From: a virus
Lineage: Duplodnaviria > Caudoviricetes
Strand: one strand, 5' to 3'
Virus record (IMG/VR): IMGVR_UViG_3300027769_000089
Span: 1 to 32,858 of that record
DNA length: 32,858 bases
The position numbers and the translations under genes are program-made. The notes below the pieces were generated by a model. It had not been told where the DNA came from and searched no databases. It saw only the letters and a program-made list of their open reading frames with translations. Of this stretch, positions 1 to 7,421 are shown in pieces (the stretch's first letter is position 1; each line of letters starts with the position of its first letter).

Positions 1-147
1 TGTCTTCGGTTCTACATTTATTACAAGCGACACCTTTTGCATTTAGGGATGCTGCCAGTGTTTCCCTATGGCTCCCACATTTAACACATTCAACCTTAAA
101 ATTTCTGTATACGTATTTACCGTTTTTGCTGATGACCCTTGGTAATT
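1..147. repeat. Terminal direct repeat, left copy (circularity overlap)
   Basis: 1-147 matches 32712-32858 except G29 versus T32740. Confidence 0.97.
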
Positions 148-568
148 CTTCTATGACCAGGAATGTATCATATACACATTCAATAGTTTTACCAACAAAA
201 TCAATCTTGGGTTTGTTAATGTATCTGCTATCAACCGTCCCATCTTTTTTTAATTTTGGTTTCCAACTTTCTTCATTGAACTTGTTTAGTTTTGTTTTTG
301 GAAGTTTTTCATTTTTTACTTTATCAATCTGTTTGCATTTCATGCATATGCAGTTCTTCTTACCAAATATGCTACCATACATTACAACCTTGGTGTCCTT
401 GCATGTCTGACACTCAACCTCAAACTTTCTTATAATTTGTCTTGGGTTGTCATAGCCATTGTTTCTGTCACGCGTCCATCCACGTTCAGTTTCACGAATT
501 ACTTTGAATACGTAACCATTAACCTGTTCGACAACAAGCCCAACCTTATCTTCTTTTTCTTTTGGCAT
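1..568 (-). CDS. 5' part of a 285-aa double zinc-ribbon protein that crosses the genome junction (not in ORF track)
   Basis: ATG at 568 overlaps the upstream TAA (TAATG). Reads MPKEKEDKVG...CQTC...CMKC...CVKC...CNKC with no stop to base 1, then continues in frame from 32711 into MHEINQ... to the stop at 32422. Confidence 0.88.
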   Translation of the reverse strand, partial: MPKEKEDKVGLVVEQVNGYVFKVIRETERGWTRDRNNGYDNPRQIIRKFEVECQTCKDTKVVMYGSIFGKKNCICMKCKQIDKVKNEKLPKTKLNKFNEESWKPKLKKDGTVDSRYINKPKIDFVGKTIECVYDTFLVIEELPRVISKNGKYVYRNFKVECVKCGSHRETLAASLNAKGVACNKCRTED

Positions 569-813
569 TATTCCTCTTCACCATTTATTATAATACGTTC
601 ATATTCGTGTACATAACCTTTAATTTGAGTTAAAGCTCTTCTATTGCATGCAGCACATCCACCAGGTCTTGATGGGTAACCCAATCTGGTTGACATTTGG
701 TGTAATCTCATCATTTGGTCATGTGACAATTCGTAAGCACCCTCAATTTCTTTTAGGTATTCTTTACCAGCCTTGTAATCTTCTTCGTTTAAATTGTATC
801 TAGCAACTGCCAT
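568..813 (-). CDS. Small CxxC protein, function unknown
   Basis: 81-aa ORF with CAAC, overlapping the sigma gene end and coupled to the next gene. Confidence 0.8.
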   Translation of the reverse strand: MAVARYNLNEEDYKAGKEYLKEIEGAYELSHDQMMRLHQMSTRLGYPSRPGGCAACNRRALTQIKGYVHEYERIIINGEEE

Positions 814-1315
814 CGTATTTATTTTTAATTAACTTTTCTATGTTTTTTATTGTGTTGAAACAACTTGTTTTTGGGATGCCTGTTAAATCAGATATTTTTT
901 GATATGATAATCCCTCTTCAAAATGTAATTCTATCATCTTCTTTTCGTACCAGGTTAAATGTTTGATACATTCCTCGATAAAGTCAATTTTAGCCTCTCT
1001 CTCGTAATCAAAACCCTCATCCAATACTTCGACATTATAAACGTCATTTGGTGCCATTAAATCGCTTCCTTTGCGATATATGTAATGGAACCTTGATGTG
1101 GATGAATTATAATTGCGAATTAATATTGCTGTGAAATAATAATGCAGTTGGTTTGTTTCAACCATTCTTTGCATTTTATCCTGGTCCTTATCTGTGATAA
1201 GCACTTCGATGCAGTGTTGAAATAAATCATCAGTAAGAGCATGACCCTTTGTGATATTCTTAGCAGCTGTATAAAGTTTTTTATAATTTACCGTGATATA
1301 ATCGTTCAAATTCAA
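800..1315 (-). CDS. Phage sigma70/ECF-like RNA polymerase sigma factor
   Basis: Region-2-like 'DDLFQHCIEVL' and region-4 HTH 'LTWYEKKMIELHFEEGLSYQKISDLTGIPKTSCFNTIK'; TTG start. Confidence 0.85.
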   Translation of the reverse strand: MNLNDYITVNYKKLYTAAKNITKGHALTDDLFQHCIEVLITDKDQDKMQRMVETNQLHYYFTAILIRNYNSSTSRFHYIYRKGSDLMAPNDVYNVEVLDEGFDYEREAKIDFIEECIKHLTWYEKKMIELHFEEGLSYQKISDLTGIPKTSCFNTIKNIEKLIKNKYDGSC

Positions 1316-1371
1316 ATTGTTTCCCGTTTAAATATAAATAGTTTTGTTTTTTTGAAAAGACCAAATTGGAT

Positions 1372-1405
1372 AAAAAAAAAATGGGCCCCCGTTGTGGGAA
1401 CCCAT
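1372..1405 (-). terminator. Intrinsic terminator of the capsid/tail-tube operon
   Basis: Minus-strand AUGGGUUCCC-ACAAC-GGGGGCCCAU followed by a U-run. The two G-U pairs form only on this strand. Confidence 0.85.
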
Positions 1406-1431
1406 TCTCATGTTGTTTTGACCTAATTTAA

Positions 1432-2004
1432 TTATTGGTAATCAGCAAGGTTTAACATTTGTGTTACAGCAGTAGATGATAACTTAGCCATTGGCAATGG
1501 TTCAGCACCAGTCAAAGTAACGGTTGCACCGTTTCTGTCACCCAACGCGGTACCTGTACTAGCTTCAACAGCAGTCACGTCAAGACCTTTTTTGAAACCA
1601 GCCATCCAATATGCACCGTTATTGTCCTTAACAACACCAACCAATACACCTGTAGCCATCATGTGGATAAGGTTTCTTTTTTCTGTTGTAAGTTTATTCA
1701 TCACCAAAGTAATTGTTGGTACGAATGATAATGTACCGTTCTGTACGTTTACGTTAATCGCTTCAGACAAGCTTGAAGTTTCTTTAACTGTGTCAAAAGT
1801 GTAGAAAGTTGTACCAGTCAAACCAGTGATAGCAGTAATCTCACCAGTAGTAGTAGCATCATATACTACATTAGATACTGATGGTGAAGGAACCAATTCC
1901 TTGTAGTTAGCTAAATAAATAGCTTCAACACCCGCAACATTGTCTTTTGTACAGCCCACTAATTCAAGACCAGCAGTTAAAAAGCAGTCGTTATTTAAAG
2001 GCAT
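1432..2004 (-). CDS. Putative major tail (tube) protein
   Basis: N-terminal 'C-x-LTAG...C-x-KDNVAGV-x-AIY' and C-terminal 'GTALGDRNG-x-TVTL-x-G-x-E' pattern recalled from Bacteroidota siphophage structural proteins; directly follows the capsid gene. Confidence 0.7.
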   Translation of the reverse strand: MPLNNDCFLTAGLELVGCTKDNVAGVEAIYLANYKELVPSPSVSNVVYDATTTGEITAITGLTGTTFYTFDTVKETSSLSEAINVNVQNGTLSFVPTITLVMNKLTTEKRNLIHMMATGVLVGVVKDNNGAYWMAGFKKGLDVTAVEASTGTALGDRNGATVTLTGAEPLPMAKLSSTAVTQMLNLADYQ

Positions 2005-2049
2005 AATTTATAGTTTTAAATTTAATTTATTTTATTCTTTTTTTAACTA

Positions 2050-2940
2050 TTAGCAAGCTTTCTTGAAGATAGTTTTTGAAACACCTGTACCAGCGTAGAA
2101 TTGTGAACGTAAGTAGATGTTGTTGGTAATTTGGTCATGGTAAACATTCAAACCTTCAGTTTCGCTCAATAAAGAGGTACCGATGTGAAGGTGAGCGGTG
2201 TCAGCCAAGTACAAGAAAGAGTGACCAGCTAAACCTTCAGTTGGGATAATCTTAATCTTGGTCCCAGGGAACAAAATTTCCATGTTACCAGCTTCATAAG
2301 CACCAGGTCCAAAATGATACAGGTTTTTCGCTACCAACTCTTTTTGCAAAGTTCTGTATTTCGCGTAATTAAGGAAAATAGCCACAGTGTCGCTAGTTTC
2401 GAAAGTACTGTCAGCAGCTACAGCAGTGTCGATAGCTAAATCGATAGCATCGTAAACGTTACTTGTAGAACCAGTGATAGTAGTTAATTTAGAAGCAGCG
2501 GTTGCTTGAGCAACGAAACCGTTAAATACGTCACCAGAACCTGTAGCACCTAACCAGTAAAGGTTATCCAATTTCTTAGAAATTTGGTCAGCTTTGTCTT
2601 GTAAGAATTGCTGAGTGTAAGGGATAGCATCGTAACCAGCTACTTCATACATCATAGCTTTACCTTCCAATGCGCCAACACATACAGCTTCAGTAAATTC
2701 TACGGGTTTAACCGCAATTTCTACTTCGCTGAAAGTTGATGTACCGTTATTTGTGAATGAACATGAACCACCAGCGGCCAATGTTACACTTGAAGAAAGA
2801 AATGGAACCAAGCCAGTACCTTTCAAACCGCTAACGATGTTAGCGTAGTTTGCTGTATTACCACGTGTTACAGCTGACACGATAAGTGGGAAACCTTCCT
2901 GTTTTGCATAGTCGGTTAATCCTGTTACTACTAAACTCAT
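2050..2940 (-). CDS. Major capsid protein
   Basis: 296 aa, downstream of a scaffold-like gene; 'LTDY' start, 'C-x-F...G' motif and 'W-x-G...FNGF' pattern typical of this phage group. Confidence 0.75.
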   Translation of the reverse strand: MSLVVTGLTDYAKQEGFPLIVSAVTRGNTANYANIVSGLKGTGLVPFLSSSVTLAAGGSCSFTNNGTSTFSEVEIAVKPVEFTEAVCVGALEGKAMMYEVAGYDAIPYTQQFLQDKADQISKKLDNLYWLGATGSGDVFNGFVAQATAASKLTTITGSTSNVYDAIDLAIDTAVAADSTFETSDTVAIFLNYAKYRTLQKELVAKNLYHFGPGAYEAGNMEILFPGTKIKIIPTEGLAGHSFLYLADTAHLHIGTSLLSETEGLNVYHDQITNNIYLRSQFYAGTGVSKTIFKKAC

Positions 2941-2976
2941 GTTTGTAAATTTTATTAGTTTTTAATTTTATTATTA

Positions 2977-3540
2977 TTAATTTCTTTTTGGCAGTTTCAA
3001 GCCAGCCAAGGCATTTTCTTCTTTAACAGGTTTTCTGGTCTTAACAGGGGCAGCAGCAGGCTGTGCGCTTAATGTTTCAACTTTTTCAACCAATTCTTTG
3101 TTAGTGTTGCTTAACGCTTCAACTGAAGCTAACAATACTTCTTCCAATTTTTGGATACGCTCCATCATCTCGTCATAGTCTTTTTTGCCGAAAGAAAATT
3201 TCTCTTCTTCAACAACTTCTTCCTCTTCAGCCAATTCTTCCTCTTCAACTGGTTCCTCAGGTGCTTCTTCAGCTTCAGGTGCTTTCACTTCAACAATAAC
3301 GCCAGCTTCATCAACAACGATGATGTTTCCGTCTTCCATTGTGTGTTCACCAGCTGGTGCCAACACCATGCCTTCTTCAGTTTCAACTTGAACAATAACA
3401 CCAACTTCGAAAGCATCGCTTTCAGTATAAATCTTGGTGCCATCAACCAAATTTGCTTCAGCGGCAAAAGTTTGTTCGACTACTTCAGATGAAGATAAAG
3501 TGATGCCTAAAATTGACGCAATCTTTTCTAATTTATTCAT
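2977..3540 (-). CDS. Capsid scaffolding protein
   Basis: Very acidic; 'L-x-DGT...AP-x-GEH-x-x-EDG' motif plus C-terminal coiled coil; immediately upstream of the capsid gene. Confidence 0.72.
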   Translation of the reverse strand: MNKLEKIASILGITLSSSEVVEQTFAAEANLVDGTKIYTESDAFEVGVIVQVETEEGMVLAPAGEHTMEDGNIIVVDEAGVIVEVKAPEAEEAPEEPVEEEELAEEEEVVEEEKFSFGKKDYDEMMERIQKLEEVLLASVEALSNTNKELVEKVETLSAQPAAAPVKTRKPVKEENALAGLKLPKRN

Positions 3541-3574
3541 CTTAAATAATTTTATTATAAGCTTATTTTACTGG

Positions 3575-3601
3575 TAAATATATACTTAGATATATCGTTC
3601 C
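3575..3601 (-). promoter_or_regulatory. Putative phage late promoter GGAACG-N13-TATATTTA
   Basis: Same two boxes and same 13-nt spacer as at 12187-12213; lies in the gap upstream of scaffold/capsid. Confidence 0.7.
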
Positions 3602-3606
3602 ATTTG

Positions 3607-3750
3607 TTAGCCTTGACCAACGTTTCTTTTAAGATAGTTCTTGCTTCGTTTGCTTCTTGAAGCTTTTGTTTTAGCGTGAACACCTGGGCGTTTCTTAGCT
3701 GGTTTAGCCACCCATCGTTTTACTTCTTTGGTTTGTTTTGCTTTAGCCAT
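3607..3750 (-). CDS. 47-aa highly basic protein (not in ORF track)
   Basis: MAKAKQTKEVKRWVAKPAKKRPGVHAKTKASRSKRSKNYLKRNVGQG; TAATG-coupled to the holin-like gene and fills the gap. Confidence 0.8.
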   Translation of the reverse strand: MAKAKQTKEVKRWVAKPAKKRPGVHAKTKASRSKRSKNYLKRNVGQG

Positions 3751-4031
3751 TATTTCTTCTTGGTTAATTTTTCCATGGTATATTCTAACATATGTTTTCC
3801 GCTATAACCAGCGATAAATCCAACACCAGCTAAGGTGTTTTGACCCATACCAAATAAATCAACAATAACAGGTGCGGTATAATTCGCGATGAACGCTGCA
3901 ACAAGAACTGATAATAGTTGTTTCCACCATGGTAAACCAGGTTTCATCCCAATTAAACTTCCTATCACACCACCAATTATTAGACTAGTGTTTATTCCCA
4001 GTGCTTGTAACGTTTCGCTTAGTAATTTCAT
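3750..4031 (-). CDS. Putative holin / small membrane protein
   Basis: 93 aa, 2-3 hydrophobic segments, basic C-terminus (TKKK). Confidence 0.55.
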   Translation of the reverse strand: MKLLSETLQALGINTSLIIGGVIGSLIGMKPGLPWWKQLLSVLVAAFIANYTAPVIVDLFGMGQNTLAGVGFIAGYSGKHMLEYTMEKLTKKK

Positions 4032-4107
4032 CCTGTTTAATCTGTTTAATTTTTTGTAATTTTAAGATGGCCTCTTCCATCTTTTTTATATTCTTTTTGT
4101 ATGCCAT
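3985..4107 (-). CDS. 40-aa basic hypothetical protein (not in ORF track)
   Basis: MAYKKNIKKMEEAILKLQKIKQIKQDEITKRNVTSTGNKH; ATG 2 nt after the previous stop; overlaps the holin start. Confidence 0.5.
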   Translation of the reverse strand: MAYKKNIKKMEEAILKLQKIKQIKQDEITKRNVTSTGNKH

Positions 4108-4109
4108 AG

Positions 4110-4286
4110 TTAAATTGGGTATCTTTTTTTATGTTTGGGTCTGAACAAATTATTTAACCACACCTTTCTTCTATCGCATCCACAATCTTCATATCCAAAT
4201 AAGCGTGCTATAGCGGTTGCAATACGTTTACCTTGTCCAAGTGTCAAGACCTTAATTATAAGCTCTGTAATGTCACCTAAACCCAT
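4110..4286 (-). CDS. 58-aa 'GLGD...DCGC' protein (not in ORF track)
   Basis: MGLGDITELIIKVLTLGQGKRIATAIARLFGYEDCGCDRRKVWLNNLFRPKHKKRYPI; TAATG-coupled to the upstream gene. Confidence 0.8.
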   Translation of the reverse strand: MGLGDITELIIKVLTLGQGKRIATAIARLFGYEDCGCDRRKVWLNNLFRPKHKKRYPI

Positions 4287-4873
4287 TAAAAAGTATATTT
4301 TTCGTAATCATCTTTGTCAGGGAAGAAGTTGTTATGTACAATTCTTCTCTTCTTGAAGTAGATACCAGAATTATAACCACCAGCTTTTGTGGATGGATAT
4401 AAATCGTTTGCGCTGTAATCAGAATATTCTGGGAATAAACCTGTGTTGTTGCATAGGTAGTTTGTTAATCTCTGAGTTGACCATTCAGCTTCATCCCTTG
4501 CATCATTTCTAATATAGCGAAGTGTCTCTAAATCAATGCCTTCCGTGTAACTATCTTGTGCACGGCTGATACCTTTGTTGGTGAACTTCAATGTGAGTGG
4601 TACGATGCTTTCATATAAGGCCCATCCTGTTAAAGCTGGGATAACATAATCTGATAACAATATTGCATAGTTACCAGTTACACCTGTAATTGAACCACCA
4701 GCGTTATAAATGTCATCCACTAATTTATCGTAAAGGGCTTTACCCAATACGCTTTGTATTTTAATTGTTTGTGCTTTGCGAATTGCTGATGTAAGAACGT
4801 TGTTCTGTACATTGCCACCAATCATGGACATGTCCCTTAGGTAACTTTCGCTTATGAATAATACGTCTGCCAT
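4286..4873 (-). CDS. Putative head-tail connector/adaptor
   Basis: Coupled to portal; helical 195-aa protein with an 'LFIS...AQ...LG-x-x-LY-x-KL...FPEY' pattern recalled next to portals in this group. Confidence 0.6.
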   Translation of the reverse strand: MADVLFISESYLRDMSMIGGNVQNNVLTSAIRKAQTIKIQSVLGKALYDKLVDDIYNAGGSITGVTGNYAILLSDYVIPALTGWALYESIVPLTLKFTNKGISRAQDSYTEGIDLETLRYIRNDARDEAEWSTQRLTNYLCNNTGLFPEYSDYSANDLYPSTKAGGYNSGIYFKKRRIVHNNFFPDKDDYEKYTF

Positions 4874-6108
4874 TATGCTGTTGGTTGTTCTGGGTTATTT
4901 TGAATTTCAATTGGTTCCAAGTTTACCATATCTCTCACCTCATTCTTGGTTGCAACTTGCAACAATGCTTGTTCAGTTAAGTTGAATGGTAGTGGTTCAG
5001 CTTTGATAAAGTCTAATTTAGCTGATGTGCCATTGATGGTTAATATTTTGTGATAAACTTTTAATACGTGTTTTTGCAACTTGTTTATAACTGTTGCATA
5101 GTATAAATCATATGCGTCAACAAGCTCAGCGCGTCCACCTAATTGACCAGGTGTTTTAACACCCAATAACATTGGTGATGTTACTTTGTTAGCTGTACAT
5201 AATGCTTGCAATACAGCTTCGTTTAACACCAAGAATTGCTTATCGCTGTCAGTGGTTTGAATTGGGATAAATGTAGGTGCGCTATCGGCCCCTGTACCAA
5301 ATGTCAACATGAACTTATGTCCTTTGTGACCAGTTAATTCTCTTTTAACTTGTCTGAATAACTCATCCTGTTCTTCCTCTTCTGGGATGCCTGTATTTAT
5401 CTGTAAAAGGTAGTTTGGTGATAACTGGTTTTGGATGTTGTTTAGGTGATACATTCCTATCTCAAAATCAATCTCAACATATGGGATGCTTGCGCTGTAT
5501 TGTGGTATTGCATAATATCTTGCAGCTGGGTTGTATTCTTTGCAAATGTAAATTTGTGATGGGTCTTTTCTTTCATCCATTGAGAATGCTGTAATCTTTT
5601 CTGGTGCATACTCATCTTTTTTATATTGTGACCAATCGTTTGAATAATAATAGTGTGTAATTTTACCTTCAGCATCTGGTTTACCAACTCTTAATTTACC
5701 GTAATCAATGTGATAAATTTCAGCAATGCTTTGTCTGTCTTTTGACCAGATAATATTTAACGCGTATGCACCATAAACGATAAGGTCCATTAATATTTTA
5801 TAGCTTATATCATCCAAATTTTCATTTGGGTTTGGCATGTTCATAAACTTGCTAACAATCGCTTGTTGCTCTGCTGGTAAATTCTCTGTGGCAACTTTTA
5901 AACCATCACCCATTGCCATATCTTGCTTACCTGTTTGAATGCTTTTGTGTATAGCACTTTTTTCAAGCAAACTAATTAAGTAATCTGGGAATAAATTTTC
6001 TTCACCATAATTTATCCAGTCTTCACGTCTGCTTGCAACTTCAATGAGTTGTGGCACGTATAACTTTTCTTCTGAAATTATGTTAATCTTATTGGTCATA
6101 TTTGACAT
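4873..6108 (-). CDS. Portal protein
   Basis: 411 aa; 'W-x-x-YG-x-x-N-x-FP-x-YL', 'YY-x-x-P-x-Y' and 'TSPML-x-G' motifs of Bacteroidota phage portals. Confidence 0.85.
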   Translation of the reverse strand: MSNMTNKINIISEEKLYVPQLIEVASRREDWINYGEENLFPDYLISLLEKSAIHKSIQTGKQDMAMGDGLKVATENLPAEQQAIVSKFMNMPNPNENLDDISYKILMDLIVYGAYALNIIWSKDRQSIAEIYHIDYGKLRVGKPDAEGKITHYYYSNDWSQYKKDEYAPEKITAFSMDERKDPSQIYICKEYNPAARYYAIPQYSASIPYVEIDFEIGMYHLNNIQNQLSPNYLLQINTGIPEEEEQDELFRQVKRELTGHKGHKFMLTFGTGADSAPTFIPIQTTDSDKQFLVLNEAVLQALCTANKVTSPMLLGVKTPGQLGGRAELVDAYDLYYATVINKLQKHVLKVYHKILTINGTSAKLDFIKAEPLPFNLTEQALLQVATKNEVRDMVNLEPIEIQNNPEQPTA

Positions 6109-6115
6109 TTGTATT

Positions 6116-6142
6116 TAAATATATTTTATTGCGTTTTGGTCA
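6116..6142 (-). promoter_or_regulatory. Possible late promoter upstream of portal
   Basis: TATATTTA box in the intergenic gap; the upstream box at the 13-nt spacing is degenerate (TGACCA). Confidence 0.45.
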
Positions 6143-6144
6143 TT

Positions 6145-7254
6145 TTAATAATGGTTCCACTTATTAACTAGGTATTCTTCAACAGCTGTTATTTGCTCAG
6201 TTGTTAACAAATCAGAGTAAATCAATATCTCAGCAATTGCTTTCTTACCTGGTCTACCACTATCACCATAGAACAATGTTAATACATCAGGAGCTGAACC
6301 AGCGTTTTGTGGAAAGTCAGAGCCAGATATTGTACCATTTAAAGTTACACGTGAGTTGGTGCCATCACCTGTTAATCTTATTGTATAGAATGTGCTATCA
6401 GATGCGCTAACAACCGATACATATGGAGCTTCATTTGAATTGTCAATTGAACCAGCTATTTCTTGACTACCACTATTTCTTGCTATAAGAATACCGTTTA
6501 ACTGGCTTGTTTCCAAGAAATAATTATAGAACGTTTCACCAGCATATTGTGCACCAACAATGAATATTGTACCTGTGGGACCAACATCTGGCAATTGCGC
6601 TGATGTGTCCATTCTTCTTGTGTTATCAGTTGTCCAACCACTTACAGTATTTGGTACATTAATACCATTCAATTGTATATCACCATACCATGGTTCATTA
6701 CCTTCAGTTGTATATAAATGATAACCATTACCACTTTGGTCATTCCATTGTGTTATGACACCACTACCAGATGTTACACCAGCATCAGCTTTGTAATGTG
6801 CAACTAAAGAACCTATAACAGGTAAACCACCAGTTCCACTTGTGCCACTTGTGCCGCTGGTTCCACTTGTAGGTATACTAGGTGTTGTAAATGTGGTTGT
6901 ACCAATTGATAACCCACCTTGAATGTCAACCGTACCAGTGCAATTAAATAAATCACCAGCAACCGCGACATGACCAGCATACTCAATTGTTTCGCTACCA
7001 ATTGTGATACCTGTAGTTGCTTCAATTGTTAAATTACCATCAATGTGATAGTCACTTGGAATTACTTTGTAATGACCAGGCGATACCAACACATTACCAA
7101 TTACAATATGCCTGTCTGGTGCAATTGTGTTTACAGTACCACCAGTGGTAACAACTTGTAACTCACCACCAGGTGTGGTAGATATTACGTTCATGTAGCC
7201 AGTTGTATCACCAGTGGTGGCTATCGATGGTGATATGTATTGTTGTTTAGCCAT
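6145..7254 (-). CDS. Virion fibre/spike protein with short GTS repeats and a C-terminal LamG/ConA-like domain
   Basis: GTSGTSGTSGTGG linker, then 'WNDQSGNG-x-H' and 'IAEILIY...L...VE-x-YL-x-x-KW', a pattern typical of phage lectin-fold domains. Confidence 0.7.
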   Translation of the reverse strand: MAKQQYISPSIATTGDTTGYMNVISTTPGGELQVVTTGGTVNTIAPDRHIVIGNVLVSPGHYKVIPSDYHIDGNLTIEATTGITIGSETIEYAGHVAVAGDLFNCTGTVDIQGGLSIGTTTFTTPSIPTSGTSGTSGTSGTGGLPVIGSLVAHYKADAGVTSGSGVITQWNDQSGNGYHLYTTEGNEPWYGDIQLNGINVPNTVSGWTTDNTRRMDTSAQLPDVGPTGTIFIVGAQYAGETFYNYFLETSQLNGILIARNSGSQEIAGSIDNSNEAPYVSVVSASDSTFYTIRLTGDGTNSRVTLNGTISGSDFPQNAGSAPDVLTLFYGDSGRPGKKAIAEILIYSDLLTTEQITAVEEYLVNKWNHY

Positions 7255-7420
7255 TAAGTAATGCTTCTAATTTTGCTTCTAATTCTGCTATTCTTTCTTT
7301 ATCAGTTTTAGGTGAAACAGGTCTTTCAATTTGTGCAACCTCTTCGCTTGCTAATACGTATTCACCATTCTCATCTTTTGAATAGTGCTGTATTTTTGTG
7401 TTAACTAATTGTGTTTGCAT
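7247..7420 (-). CDS. 57-aa fibre-associated protein with C-terminal coiled coil (start corrected to 7420)
   Basis: ATG 1 nt after the fibre stop; MQTQLV...TDKERIAELEAKLEALLNG; resembles 9070-9243. Confidence 0.75.
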   Translation of the reverse strand: MQTQLVNTKIQHYSKDENGEYVLASEEVAQIERPVSPKTDKERIAELEAKLEALLNG

Positions 7421-7421
7421 A

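Noticed and set aside
1-147. Biological terminal repeat of a T7-like linear genome
   Set aside because: The repeat cuts through the middle of a gene and is more simply an assembly overlap; it cannot be decided without reads.
126-410. 94-aa + strand hydrophobic ORF
   Set aside because: Antisense to the Lys-rich junction-spanning gene, which has coupled start and Cys motifs.
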